Assembly (NCBI RefSeq): GCF_001194135.2
Contig: NC_069002.1
Coordinates: forward strand, 36,782,057 to 36,846,056
DNA length: 64,000 nucleotides
Direction: 5' to 3'
DNA from: Octopus bimaculoides
Lineage: Eukaryota
Part shown: positions 39,993-53,680 of the stretch, one piece after another
Position numbering within the stretch: position 1 is the stretch's first letter
Layout of the letters: each line of letters begins with the position of its first letter
Position numbers and translations under genes: made by a program
The notes under the pieces: model-generated
Databases searched by the model: none
The model's input: the letters and a program-made list of their open reading frames with translations, nothing else
Told to the model about the DNA's origin: nothing

Positions 39993-42900
39993 TATTATCA
40001 TGTAATTAGCTATGTTGTCATCATTTCTATAATAAAATCTTTTATAATTGTACTTTTACTTCCTGATCAGTGATAAACTATTAAGCATTTTATTCTATTT
40101 TTAAACAATTGACACACTCTGCTTCAGATATTTCTAAATCTTAGAAACAGATCTTTGTTATAAGAATATAAATTTCTGTTATTATTTTCAGTGTGTCTGA
40201 TTCTGGATTTTTTTATTTTTTTATGTTGCAATAAAACATACTAGTTGTACTGATCCATTAGTCATCAGCTGTTTAGTCAGCTAGTCTATGAAATACAGTC
40301 CTGTAAAACTTGTTTGTTATGCTAAGCATCAGTACTTGCTACCACTTTCACTGCAATGGATTTGTCATCTGAAACCGGGATAATCTTCCTCTTGTTCAAT
40401 CTATACACTTCAGTTATGGCTTTGTTCACAGTTCAGGGTTATTGAGGTTGTTAGATATGTAATTGTGTAGTTTAACGTAGCAATGATTCCAACAGATTTT
40501 ATCATTGCCCGTTTCTCCTTGTTTTATTTTCCTTTTGATAAAAAATTTGGATTTGAAGGAGATCTGGCTGCTATTTCTTGCAGGTTGAATGCTATGTTTG
40601 CAGTATATGCATAAGTTACTAAAAGTTTTGACATAATTTCAGTTAGATATTGCACTGTTTCTGTTGGTGAAACAAAGGTTGACTATCAATTACTGTTTAA
40701 AAATTTTAGTGATTTGTTTGATTTAAAAAAAAATTTTTTATCTTCCAACATATTGTGTAAGTTTACTCTTGTCAAGAGTCCATTTGATTCATTTTGTTTA
40801 TTTATGGACTAAAGTTATAAAATGAACAAAGCAGATGTTTTAGAACAGTAGTTAACACTCACTGACCAGTGAAATTAGAAGTAGGTGTGATAGTTGTTTA
40901 CAATTGAAAGGTTTTATGCACCATAAGGGCACACATAGTACAATGTCTGTTGGTAGGATTCTTGTTCAGAAGTCCAGTACTTTTTTAACAGTGAACCAAT
41001 ATAACATTTATTTTAAATAGACCATATTTTATCTGTATATTTATTATTTGAAAGGTCACAAGGTCAGAGATCAATACTCTCAATGTTGTCATAAAGTAAT
41101 TCAATGTAAAATAAGGATTTTGATGTCAATTTTTTTTTTAGATGTCTAAAATTAAATTATTTTTATTACCTTCAAAATTCAAAAGTAAAATGGAAAAGAT
41201 TTATCATTTTTTTGCTATTTTTTTTTTAATTAAGCCTTGTTTGTTTGTTAATTTTTTTTTATTATCAAACCTTTTTATTTATCTATTTCATTTAAGCTGA
41301 TTTTTGTACCAACTAGACTAAAGTTAATAAGGGTAAATGGTGGAACTAATCTTGATCAACTTGAAAATTATTAATGATGATTTGACATAAGGTTGATGAG
41401 CAGATGATTACAGGAGTCTAATGAAACTCAGGATAGTGTCACTCTATTCATGAATAAACTGCAGCCCATGGGAGTTTTTGAATGGCATGCCTAATGAAAA
41501 ATTATCTTCACTTTTTTTAGTAGTGCAACATGCCTGATGATGGAGTCATGTCTCCTGTGATCCACTTCTGAAAAAAGGTTGCCTATTGTTCTGACCAAAC
41601 TTCACAATAAAACAACCATGTCCACACAAAGTACTGTTGATGTTGTGAAGCCCCAGGTCAATTCTATGATTGAAGGCTTTCCAACTGTTACCATTCGGTT
41701 AGATTTCCAAAGTAATTCAACCAGGACTACATTATTCACTGTGTCTTCAAGAAAGTAGAGTGTGATTTGAGAGACATTCTAGCAGCTTGAGTTGCTGTAT
41801 AGTCTTCTTTGTGGGTTTGGCAAAACACTTTTATAGTTCAATTAATTAATAACTTGTTCAACGAAGAAAAGGCTCTCTTAATGTTGTTTCATACATGATG
41901 GTCCCTCATAAACTACCCCACAAATATTAGATTATTGGGGGAGGTAGTCTATGAAAAACGTGGGTTATTGAATGCAAACAAAAATGTTATTGTCAGGCCA
42001 TCACTGATTTGTTGACCAACAGCTCGTTAATCATTGCTAACCAGATTACAAATGGAAGGTTTTGTAGCTTTGTTCATCCATTTATTCCACTTAATGTCTG
42101 TTTTTTTCCGTGGCCTTAGATGGGAGGTAATGAAAACAGTATTTTGACAGCTGGATGCTTTTCTGGTTGCCAACCCTTACCTGTTTTTCAAGCTATGGGA
42201 GTTGTTTTTTATTCCCAAGAAACTCGATAACACAGAACTAGCAGACAGGAAACGTCAATGACCATCAGCTCAGCCACAAATAGTGACGTCACTAATTGTG
42301 GCCATAGTGCAGCATAGTTTATTAACCTTTGCACACACACAGCTTCTTTCAGTTTCTGTCTACCAAATGCCTTTATTAAGCATTGGATGGCCTGGGGTTT
42401 TAGTGGAGGGCACTTTGTTGTAGGTGCTGCAAAGTGAGACTGACCCCGGAGCCACATTGTTGAGAAGCAAACTTCTTAATCACACGGCCCTGCCTGTATC
42501 CTCATACAAGAACTGAATATTGGTTATGAAAATTTTGTTTTGTATTTGGTTTGCAAGATTCTTTATGTGAATTTGTGTGTCCACTTTCCCCAGACATAGT
42601 AAAAGATTATGAAAATATTTATTTATCAAATATGAATTAAATTGATGTTTTACTTCCTTGTAATAAAAGATTTGTTAAAGTAGTTTTGATACAAAGAATT
42701 TGGAAAACAAAAATTGTAAATTGTTTGAAAACCAAGCAATAAATCTGTTTAATTTTGACTCTGATTACATCATTTACTTGTGTGACAATTGTGAATTATT
42801 TTATTATATAGTCATACCTAAGGTAGCAGCCTGGCAGAGCTGTTAGCATGCTGGACGAAATGCCAAGTAGCATTTCTTCCAGCTTTTTGTTCTGAGTTCA

Positions 42901-43254
42901 AATTTTGCTGTGGTTGAGTTTGTCTTTTATCCTTTCGGGGTCAATAAAATGTGAAATATTGGTGTTGATGTAATTCACTCCCCCACAATCCCAGCCCTCA
43001 ACTTTCAGACCTTGTGCCTATATCAGAAACAATTATACAGACATATGTGATTGATTCTAGCAGAGGCTCTAAATATATATTTTGTAATTCTAAAAACTAT
43101 ATAGTTTTTGTCTTTGATAATTGATTTTATTGTAAAAAGTTCTCAAACTGAATTGGAGTATTAAATTTATTTATTTTTTTTATGTCAGAATTTTAAATGT
43201 AAAGACATTGTTTTGAACTTNNNNNNNNNNTTTTTTTTTTTTAACTATTTTCAG

Positions 43255-43403
43255 TAGGAATTCCCACAATCAAATGGGGTGGTGCTGAAGGCGATTACAA
43301 TGTCATGGTCATGGAGCTTCTTGGTCCCAGTCTTGAAGATCTATTTAATTTCTGTTCAAGAAAATTCAGTCCAAAAACTGTGCTTTTGCTTGCAGATCAG
43401 TTG
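43255..43403 (+). CDS. CSNK1D: CK1 delta/epsilon coding exon 3 ([50 protein letters not shown])
   Basis: Acceptor TATTTTCAG, 149 nt, donor TTG|GTAAGA. Contains the CK1 signature [10 protein letters not shown] and gatekeeper Met82. Confidence 0.97.
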
Positions 43404-46400
43404 GTAAGATTTGATTTTCTTTAATTTTTAATTATTTTGTATTGTATATTTTTTTATATCTATTTGAACCTAGTCACTAGTGTTGTTCATTTATTCTTTT
43501 GTTGTGAATTTTTGATAGAGAGAGATTTTTCACCAGTAATATTTCTAATTAATGCACTTAGAGTGTAGGAAATGTATTCAATAACACTTTGCAGCATCTT
43601 GGGCAAATGTCTTTGATTGCAAACCCTGGATTGACCAAAGCCTTGGGAGTGGATTTGGTGGATAGAAACTGAGAGAAGCCTGTCAATTGTGTGCGTGTGC
43701 ATGCATAAGTGTGTTTATCCCTTGTGTCTTTATATTTGTGAAAATCATTCAGCTATGAGTGGTGACATTGCTGTAATTTCCCCTGTCAGTGGGTCATTTA
43801 CTGGCTTTTGAATCTTGAAGACAAGTGGAATAAGGTATCTCTTACTTGAAAAATACTTAATGGTTAACAACAGGAAGGGCCATCTGGTTGTAAAACATTG
43901 CCTCAATAATACATTTGTCTCCCCCCCCCCTGGCAGCATGGAAAAATCGATGTAAAAACAAACAAGATGCAAGCATGGCTGTGTGGTAAGAAGCTTGCTT
44001 CCCAACCACATGGTTCCAAGTTCAGTTCCACTGCATGGCACCTTAGACAAGTGTCTTCTATTATAGCCTTGGGCCAACCAGTGTCTTGTAAGTGGATTTT
44101 CCAAGTTATATTGCTATCTGATATTGACTTGTAATCATACTTCAGACATTTATGACGAGGAAGAAAGGGTAGCTGTATGTTGTGAAATGGCTACGAAATT
44201 ATTAGGAATGGTATTTGTAGGTTATCTCTAGTGAAGGAGGCAACCAAATTAGTTTGTCTAGTTAAAGTAAAAATTGTGTGTGTGTGTGTGAGTGTATTAT
44301 AGATGTATGTTATTATCTGTGCATTTATGTGATAGTATTAGGTGTTTAACATGTTTACTTTTTATTTCATTTATATTACTGCAATACACATCAATATAGT
44401 GATTTGAAATACTGATTGTAATGGTGACCTTTTGACTGACAAACTGAGAACCATAAAATAAATGTCAGTGTCTTGTTAGATGTAAATGAATTACTGTTAC
44501 AAGTGGAAGAAAAAGAATATACTTGTATAAGATCCTGAATCTTATAAACTAGTTGTCTATGAATTGTTGTTTAGCAGCAAGGTATACTGGGTGGGTGGAG
44601 GGTGGGGTAACGAAAAGATTAAGCTGCGATTCTGACTATAATGGATAGGAAGATAATATTTAGTTTTTAAAGATATTTGAAATTTCAAATGATTTAAAAA
44701 TTAAGCACCCCTGTTACAAAACTCGATTTAAAATGGATTTTTAAAATGTGGATAATGTTTCATTTGCAAGTTTTGCTTTGTAGAGTTTAGATTTGAAAGT
44801 ATATGAGCAGAGTTTGTTAGTTCTAACCCAATATGATTTTTTCCCCCTCATCAATGTTTATGTGTTAGGACTAAGGTTAACAGCTTCTGTTGAGTGTTTG
44901 AGTCTATATATGGGAAACAATACAATCAGTTTGCCTACCAGAAACAGCAGTCACATCTCCCTAGGCTTTCATGACATAATCCTTGAACATTGTCTGAGTA
45001 AAATAAAAAACTGGAATGGCTGGTCATGGCTGGAATATTTATATTATTTGCTGGTTTAGGTTTAACTTAGGGCCAAATAATTGTTAGTTGTTGTAATGAA
45101 ACTGTCCTAATTAAGTTGTTGTTAAGTCCCAGCAGAATTATGAGCAAAGCAATTTCAGCTGACTATTCTGTAATTTCTCTCAGCTTTAGTGAATTTAATT
45201 CTATGTTATTGGTGTCCTTAAAAATAGGACTGTTTGTTTTTAGCAAGTTGAGTGACCACATATCTGCTCTTCAGTTGACTCAGTCCCATATAAGTTGATT
45301 AATTTGCTGAGAAGTGATTCTCAAAGTAAAAGAATTTATTTCACTACCTGGAAAAATTTTAGTTTTTATCCAAGATTCAAAATGTTTTACAAAACATTAA
45401 ATACCATTTGGATTTCAAAGAACATCAATATTGCACAAGTTGGGTAATTTATGGTTAATATTGAAAAAAAAAAAAGAATTTTGTACAAGGGAGCAAACTT
45501 TGTTTTGTTATGGAATCTTATTAAATATGAGATGGTAAATGGAGAGAAATTCGATACTGCTCAGCTTTAGCTTTTAAATTTATCAGAGATATAATGAAAG
45601 AATGAGGAAACTGGTCTAGAGTTGCTAAGATCTTATCAGTGTACGACATATGGCTGCTTGCTTTATTATTTCTATTTTTATTTAAACCACTTGTTTTATG
45701 CTTGGCTGACATTTCTTGTGTCAGGCATTCCTATCAAGCAGTGATAGTACTACTACTACGATAGAGTCAGTAAGCAGAGCAATGACTGATAATTCGATTT
45801 GAAGTCAAACACTGAGCATGTCTGGTCAAGTTAGATAATTCCTACTTAGATTTAGATTTATTCTTAGATTCTTTTACTCTTTTACTTGTTCCGGTTATTT
45901 GACTGCGTCCATGCTGGAGCACCACAAATTATTTATCTCTCTCATGATTACATATGTGTGTGAAAGATAAGATTGCGGTGTACAATTTGGAAGGATTTGC
46001 TGTCAAAAATGTTGAGAATAACATTCTGCACTGTTGTAAAATCTTTTATAATTGAAATTTGGGATGTCCTTCTTAACACCAGCTGCTTTTCTGAGTACAT
46101 CTGGTGCTTTCTTTTTTTTTTTTTCATGATACCAACTCTAGTGAGGTCACCAAATAACTCACGAGATAAAGAAAAGACATTTGAATGAGAATGGTTGTAA
46201 TGGGTTTGATATGATATTTAGGGAATATAAATGTATTTGAAATTTTGACTAGGACAGCAATGCATTGTTGATCAACCCTGATTGAATAGAGCAGTAATGT
46301 TAAAGTGTTTGTTACTTTACAATACATGGATTTAATTCTTGTTGCAAACATCAAACTTTGTTGGGACACATTGCTGTGTTGGACATTAATAGGATGGCCT

Positions 46401-47153
46401 CTCTTGTTGAATACTAAGTGACTGACTAATTATGGAATAAATGAGATACTTGTTGAGATAAAATAGTACAGTTTAAAACAGCAGGAAAATTACCAAATTT
46501 GGGAAGAAGTAATAATGGCTGGTGCTGTGTTATGCAATTAGTTATGTAGTTGACTGGCAGGTGATAACTACATGGTTCCACTCCTATAAGTGGTAAGCCT
46601 GGTGTTAATGTCTAATATTTTCATGGGTTGATGGTATTTTGGAAATGTCAGCACAATGATTCAGTTCAGATTTTGGGAATCTATCCCTTTGTGTGAGCTG
46701 TGTCAGGTTCAGTGTTTTGAATATTTAATTTTAAAATAAATTGTATTTTTGGTTTCGCAGAGAGATTAAAGAGCAAATTAGAGCATTTAAAGATATTTTA
46801 GATATTTTAACGAAGATAATTTGCGTAAGTAGTCAAAGAAGATGGTAAGCATTATTGTTTCAGGTTTGCCAGAATATTTGTATATAGTATATAATGTAGC
46901 AAGTATACAACACAGTATGTATTGTATACATGCTGTATACAAAATAAAAATGTTAAATGAAAATTTTGGCCGTTTTGGAAAGCATCAAATATGCTTTTTT
47001 TTTTTTAAAAAACATTTCATCACAACAAATATTGCTGCTTCATAAGCACATCTTATTTCGGTTTAAAGATCAGATGTATTATATCCTTAATATTTTGATA
47101 TGCACACTTAAAGACCTTAGAATATTAACTATTTTTTATTTTTCTAACTTCAG

Positions 47154-47382
47154 ATAAGTCGGATTGAGTACATTCATTCAAAGAATTTCATCCATCGAGA
47201 TGTCAAACCAGATAATTTTCTCATGGGATTAGGGAAAAAGGGAAATTTAGTATATATTATTGACTTTGGACTTGCTAAAAAGTACAGGGATCCAAGGTCT
47301 CACCAACATATTTCTTATCGAGAAAATAAAAACTTAACTGGCACAGCAAGATATGCTAGTATAAACACACATTTAGGAATAG
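47154..47382 (+). CDS. CSNK1D: CK1 delta/epsilon coding exon 4 ([25 protein letters not shown]...[10 protein letters not shown]...[16 protein letters not shown])
   Basis: Acceptor TTTCTAACTTCAG, 229 nt, donor G|GTAAGT. Contains HRD, DFG and the CK1-specific SIN motif. Confidence 0.98.
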
Positions 47383-48991
47383 GTAAGTAACAACTTAATT
47401 TTCATTATCACCATCATCACTAATCATCGTCACTCATTGTGAAGAATTTTGTTACAAGAAATGAAAGATTTGAAGAAAAAAATTTCATGGTTAGATTAAT
47501 AATTTGTTGATGGGTAATTTTGTGTGTGTGGACAATGGGTGTAAGAGGCCAGAGCCCTGGATGGCATGGTCAATGCTTAAAAAAAAATCATTACAGCTTT
47601 TGTATTGTGTAATTGTAAACAAGATATATAACTCTGCTTACTTTAGCCATTTAGCATGATAACAAGTTCAATTCATATTTGTAACTGTGTGGTTAACAAC
47701 GGCAATAATATGTAAAATCCAGTACTAGGATATATAGATATTGAATTTACAATCTGGTTCCCCCCCCACACACACTTTACACTGGCATAGCGCTAACACT
47801 CAACAAAACAAGAAAAACAGTCCTTTAAATGAAAAGACTTGTGATTAGTGTGGACTTAGAAAGTTTTATATGATTACAAGCTAGTGATTTTTAAATCATT
47901 AGTGTTTGAAGCTGATAACGAGGTAAAATGGGTTTACTGCACAAACTGACAAAGATGAAAAAATTGTAGATTAGTTATGTATGTATGAATTGAGTGGTCA
48001 GTGGCCACCCAGCAGTTGCCAGTGTGAGACCCTTAGTCTTTGTTGAGACCTCTTTCTAGGGAGAAGGAAAACTCTGATGTATCACCTACAACTTGTTTGC
48101 ATCTTATGATGTAGGCTGTTGTTTTGGGGCAAATGCATATATTGTTTATAGAGTGGGATTGGCCCTGTGTTTAACCCATTCAGATTACTCTGTCGAATGC
48201 AGTGCTTATTTACTCACATCATTTTGAAGTAATGATGCATTATCTCGTAACTTTGAGACTTCAATGATGTGATTGTTTATTTTTAGGATGATGTTATGGG
48301 ATAAGTGTGAGAGGCTAGATCCAGCCAGTATGAACATTAAAAAGGTACAATATTTGGGCCTGATAAGGCTGTTTAAATGATAAAGTGTTATAAAGTTTTG
48401 GGCACAGGTACCACTTGATTTTTAACATTTCTGTTGTGTTGCATACTATGGCTGACCAAAGCAAAAAGAAAATCCAAGCACACCATGCAAAATTCCATGG
48501 TGGAATGCAGGCATGGGTGATGAGCTCTGTGAACACCTGCTGCAAGAGGTACTCTTCGTTACCCCATCCATGCAGCATTACAAAAGAACAATCAGGCAGT
48601 GGCATTGCTCAAAACCAGGTTGCAGCCATCGTGTAGATGTGCGTGTGTGCATGCCTACATATATTCAGTCATTCACCCACCATCCTTAATCTTTATTTAG
48701 TTTCCCAAAATATTATTTTTCTACACAAGTCAGAATGAAGAAATACAAATACTCTCTTACAATGGTGAACAATATTACTGAAACCGTTCATTTGGTCATC
48801 TTTTTTAAAAAAAGACTTCATAATTTATGATGACGTAATTGGAAATGCTGTACTTGTATAACATTCATGGATGCTACCATCAATCAGTATAATAATAATA
48901 ATAATAAAACAAGATAACTGGAAATGATGAATGTTATCTTTCTGATTATGTTGTTTTCTGTCGCTAATTAATGTGTTACTGATATTTTCAG

Positions 48992-49162
48992 AGCAAAGTA
49001 GACGAGATGACATGGAATCATTAGGATATGTTTTCATGTATTTTTTGAGAGGAAGCTTGCCATGGCAGGGATTGAAAGCAGCAACCAAACGACAAAAATA
49101 TGAAAGAATTAGTGAAAAGAAAATGTCAACACCTATTGAAGAGCTTTGTAAAGGATTTCCTT
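48992..49162 (+). CDS. CSNK1D: CK1 delta/epsilon coding exon 5 ([57 protein letters not shown])
   Basis: Acceptor ATTTTCAG, 171 nt, donor T|GTTAGT. Matches ORF-track entry 48973..49167. Confidence 0.98.
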
Positions 49163-51334
49163 GTTAGTAATATTAACCAATTTTTGCATTTGCCTCCACT
49201 TTCTGTTAACGTGGTTGTTTCGTTTACTTCAGTTTTCTTGAGTTCTATCTAATTCAAATTTTTGTCTTTACTTTTATTTCTGCTTTTTTTACTGTAAACC
49301 TTTCATGAGCTTGGTATTTTCAATTTTGAAAATGTAGATTGCGAGGAATTTAGAAAAATAACTTTATCTCTTAATATATTGAACTACCGTTTGGAATATA
49401 GAATTATGATGAAAGGTATTTAACTCTCAATTCCTATCATGCTTTTTCTGTGTAAGTTTGTAGTATTAATTGTTGTTTGAAATAGTTTTCTTTTTGATAA
49501 TTAAAGAGTCCTAGTTTAGTTTTTGGTAAGCCCCATGTCATCCCCGTTGGAGAAAAACCTGTAATCAAAGGTATTCCACTCTTGATCATGATTCTTAAGG
49601 TGTGTAGAGAACAGTGAGTCATTTGTCTAAGCAAGGACATGGTGGATTCTTAGGTGTCTCACGCTGACTTTGAGAAAAATCTTGCAATATCATGTTCCTA
49701 AAAAAAAAAATTTTTTTTTAAAAAACCTTATAAGATTATTTACATTATGGATAAATTATTCCAAATGAAAGTACATTATCAATTGGCTTCAATTAAACAT
49801 TTTGAAACAGGTGACCTTGTACAACAGAACCAGATGTGGTCTCTGCAGGATTGGTATCAAAAGAATTAAGAGAAAAAGAAAAAGTATAGTTGCAAAGAAT
49901 TGATATTATCAAAGACTAGCAACAGTAATTTTCCTCTTCTGCAAACACTACATGTCTTATATAAAGAAAAATTTGGTTATTCAGACTCCACCCCTCAGAA
50001 AAGAAAAAAATAATAAATCAGCAACCTTACTCAGATTACATATGTTTCAGTACACACACTGTGAAGTTGCTAGGTGTGGCCTGTGTTTCTCTCTTCAAGC
50101 ATGGACAAAAACTGTTAGACGAAGGAACTAGGATTGGTGCTTTCTCTAAATTCTGTTGATTTTGTTTCTTCATTTTAGATTATCTTACTTTCTTATCCAG
50201 CTTTTTTTTTTTCTGTTCTATTTCATAAATGTCCTGATTTTGTTGTTTCACATCAGTTATAAGTTGGGCTGTTTTTAATAGGAACTATTTTCCCAATGCT
50301 TTTATATAATCAGGTCAGGTATTTGTCCCAGTTATATGGAAAAAAAAAGAAAGTTAACATTGACACAGGCGTGGCTGTATGGTTAAAAAAGCTTGCTTTG
50401 CAACCTTATGGTTTTGAGTTCAGTCCCACTGTGTAGCACCTTAGGCAAGTGTCTTCTGTAGCCCCAGGACAACTAATGCCTTGTGAAAGAATTTGTAGAC
50501 AGAAACTGTGTGGAAGTCAGTCATGTGTGTGTTCTCGCCCAAGTTTGACAACTGGTGTCGGTTTATTTACATCTCAAGAACTTCGTGGATCAGCAAAAGA
50601 CACTGTTAGAAAAGTGGCAGACTTGAAAAAAAATATGTACCAAGGTCAATTTGTTTGACTAAACCCTTTAAGATGGTGCCCCAGTATGACTGAAACAAGT
50701 AAAAGATAAAAAGTAGACAAGCATGTTTGCCTCAATGTACATCCAAATGCATTCTTCATTATTGCTATAGCTACCAGAGAGTGGTGACTTGGCAGAAACA
50801 GGAGCATTGGACAAAATGTCTTTCAGCATTTTACTCTCTCAGTTCAAACCTTTTATCCCTTTGGGTTGATAAAACAAGTACCAGTCAACTCCTAAAATTT
50901 CTTTTTATTTGGGAGACGATGATGGTGGAGCAGGGGGTGTACAATGATAATTCCAGTTTCAAAATCTTTCCCTAAACACATTTTAAACTACTTTAAATAG
51001 AAAAGTAAATTTCCTTTTGTATTATGGTAACTGGTTGTTGGATTAAGGAAGTATGTTTCACAGTTACAAAATTTCTGGTTTGATTCTACTAAGAGGGGAA
51101 ACTGTGTGGAAGTTCATCTTTGATGGTAGACTTAATTCATTACCCAATTTAGCAGCACCGCCTGGCCCTGGGGTGTCTTTAGTGACATCCATTCTATGGC
51201 AGTGTCAGATATCCTGCCTGAGGACAGCCCAACCAGCTTTTTGCACCTCTGGAAAGAATCATAGGTGAGGTTCTTCAATCTAATTATGCCATTAAAGAAA
51301 ATGTATTGCAATTATTTTTTTTTTTCTTTTACAG

Positions 51335-51483
51335 CGGAATTTGCAACATACTTAAATTTCTGTCGGTCCTTACGGTTTGACGATAAACCAGATTATTCCT
51401 ATTTGAGGCAGCTATTTAGAAATCTCTTCCATCGTCAAGGATTTACTTATGATTATGTCTTTGACTGGAACTTGCTAAAATTT
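51335..51483 (+). CDS. CSNK1D: CK1 delta/epsilon coding exon 6 ([50 protein letters not shown]; end of kinase domain)
   Basis: Long T-tract plus TTTACAG acceptor, 149 nt, donor TTT|GTAAGT. Confidence 0.98.
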
Positions 51484-51529
51484 GTAAGTATATCTTTAGA
51501 AATGATGTTTTAGCAGAAATGTTTTCAGT

Positions 51530-51700
51530 AAATATGATGCCGCTTATGCTTAACTTTTCTCTCAAGAGGCTTACACTCTTTCGAACATGCACACTGACAT
51601 TGCACATCCAGTGAAGCAGACTGGCTTCATTTCTTTCAAGCCTACACATGTCCTCGGCTGTCACAGCCCATGTTTCACTGCCATGTAGCATGGCTGTTCA
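51530..51700 (-). mobile_element. RTE-type LINE reverse-transcriptase C-terminal fragment in intron 6
   Basis: MLHGSETWAVTAEDMCRLERNEASLLHWMCNV matches the LYGSETW...LE..E..MLRW pattern of RTE-clade elements. Confidence 0.85.
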
Positions 51701-52027
51701 CATAATAATAATAATAATAATAATAAGGCACTGAATTGTTATCTAATCCCATGCTGACACTTATTGCCAGTAATGTTCCAGATGTGATCATCCTGTGTTT
51801 TTTTCTATATTTTTCCCAAGCATTGTGTCTCTAGGACTACATTATTTAGTGTGTTGTCTAAGACAGCAGTCTGTGATTTAAAGGATGATTGGTTGCTATT
51901 GCTTCCATGTCAAGAAACCATGTAGCAGTTCCCTCTTTGGCTCATTGCCTGAAAAGCTTTTGATAGACAGAAAAAGCAAAATTGATTCTTGTTTAATGAA
52001 TTTTTTTTGTCTTCCATTGACTTGCAG

Positions 52028-52169
52028 GGAGGTAGGTCAAATGATGATTTTGATAGAGATCGCAAAATGTACAGCTCGACAGCTAGAGGATTACAAGGTA
52101 CGACCACTGCTGGCCGTATGCGATCTGATCAAGTAGCTGTTGCAGCCTCCCCCAGTGGCGATTATGGCA
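52028..52169 (+). CDS. CSNK1D: CK1 delta/epsilon coding exon 7, start of the regulatory tail (GGRSNDDFDRDRKMYSSTARGLQGTTTAGRMRSDQVAVAASPSGDYG)
   Basis: Acceptor TTCCATTGACTTGCAG (phase 0), 142 nt, donor A|GTAAGT (phase 1). ARGLQGTTTAGRMR resembles TRGLPSTASGRLR in the vertebrate CK1 delta tail as I recall it. Confidence 0.9.
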
Positions 52170-53278
52170 GTAAGTACCTCGAGATTTTTAATTTAAAATA
52201 TATTTACTCTCAAAAATAGTGTAACAATATTAGAGACATTTTAATGTAAATGAACAGTTATATGTTTTATGATTATTTAAATTAATTTATTTGTAGTTCC
52301 TGTTGAAAAATTACCATATGATAAATAATTAGCTACAACTCTACCCTATCAATTATGCTTAAGCTATTTTACATTACATTACTTCAGACAAAAAAAATCT
52401 AATACATTTTGTTTGACCATGATAAAAAATTTTCAAGTTACTAATAACTGTTGCTACTGTTTTAACTATTACTAATTACTTAGTTATTAAGCAAATTTTC
52501 TTATTTTCACTGACCAATTTTTAAAGTTCAAGTCAAGATTTAATATGTTTCATGATTGGAAATAGTGCTCAATAAGTTACTCTATAATTCAGTTGTATCT
52601 TTTCTGATTTCAAATGCTTATTTAAATTGTTCAATGAAATTGTTGTAATGTTTGTAATTTAGATTTAAAAAAAATTTATTATAATCCCTACCAATAACAC
52701 AGCCACCAAATTCTATAGAAATAATATAGATTTTTAGTACAATAATAAACTTGTTTTCAAACTCAAATTTTCTAATCCTCTTACCAACTAGACTAGATAC
52801 TTTTTATTGCATGAAACTGTACCAGTCTCTTACTAATATTAAGGAACAAATGTTCTGTACCCATTTCACTGCCATACTCTTCCTGTTGCCATATCAGAAG
52901 TTGCAAATCATGAATGAACTTACAAATGAATTTTCTGTGACAATCTCTTTGTGTTTGTATCAAATCAAAAATAGCTATGAAGCGTGAAGGAATTTTACAT
53001 TATGTAGAAGTCAACAATCAAGTAGCAATATTTGACTTGAATAATTAAAGACAATCCAATATTGTTTGGTTTATATGTACATGTGTATCTTGAACTGAAT
53101 TTTGTTTTGAGGAACCAATACTCAGTTAACCAATATTATTCTGGTCTGGTGACATTACTGACTAGGGTTGGATTTTCAGTGCTTAACTGCCAAAGCTATT
53201 TTAAGTGGGATATTATATTTATATATATATTGTTAATGTCATAAGAATTATATATACTTTCTTGAGAATGTGAACTAA

Positions 53279-53584
53279 TTCTTTTTTGGAATATCTCAAA
53301 GCATACACATAAAGCTTATAAATAACATGTAAATATAGGGTCAGAAAACCCTTTGCAATAAAGTCGAAGGCTGCCTGTGGGACTTGAACCCATGTCTCTT
53401 GTAGACATGAACAACATACAGTTGTTGCTGGTAAGTTTCTAAAATGGATAGAGAAATTTGAAGGATTGCTTTGGTACAGTGGTAGAATGCCTGTCCTGTC
53501 TCCAGGTGATGTGGGTTCAAGTTCCACTGGCACATGCTATTATTTGTAGTTCTATGTGTGTGCTTCAAGATATTCCTAAAAGAA
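53279..53584. repeat. Imperfect foldback of two inverted copies of a tRNA-related element
   Basis: Plus copy has an A box (TGGTACAGTGGTAGAA, 53472) and a B box (GGGTTCAAGTTCC, 53513). The inverted copy is at 53372-53407. Outer arms 53279-53330 and 53533-53584 also match. Confidence 0.7.
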
Positions 53585-53603
53585 TACATATACAGTGTGT
53601 GTG

Positions 53604-53680
<77 letters not shown>

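Noticed and set aside
41390-41580. TTGATGA...GAAAC and CTGATGA-TGGA...TCCA-CTTCT-GAAA motifs
   Set aside because: The helix geometry is incompatible with the hammerhead core.
43278-47315. RNA editing as the explanation for the C71G, L102P and P166S differences
   Set aside because: Restoring them needs G-to-U, C-to-U and U-to-C changes, not A-to-I.
53468-53532. Possible tRNA-Asp gene
   Set aside because: The acceptor and anticodon stems do not pair properly, and it is part of an inverted repeat. Treated as tRNA-derived.
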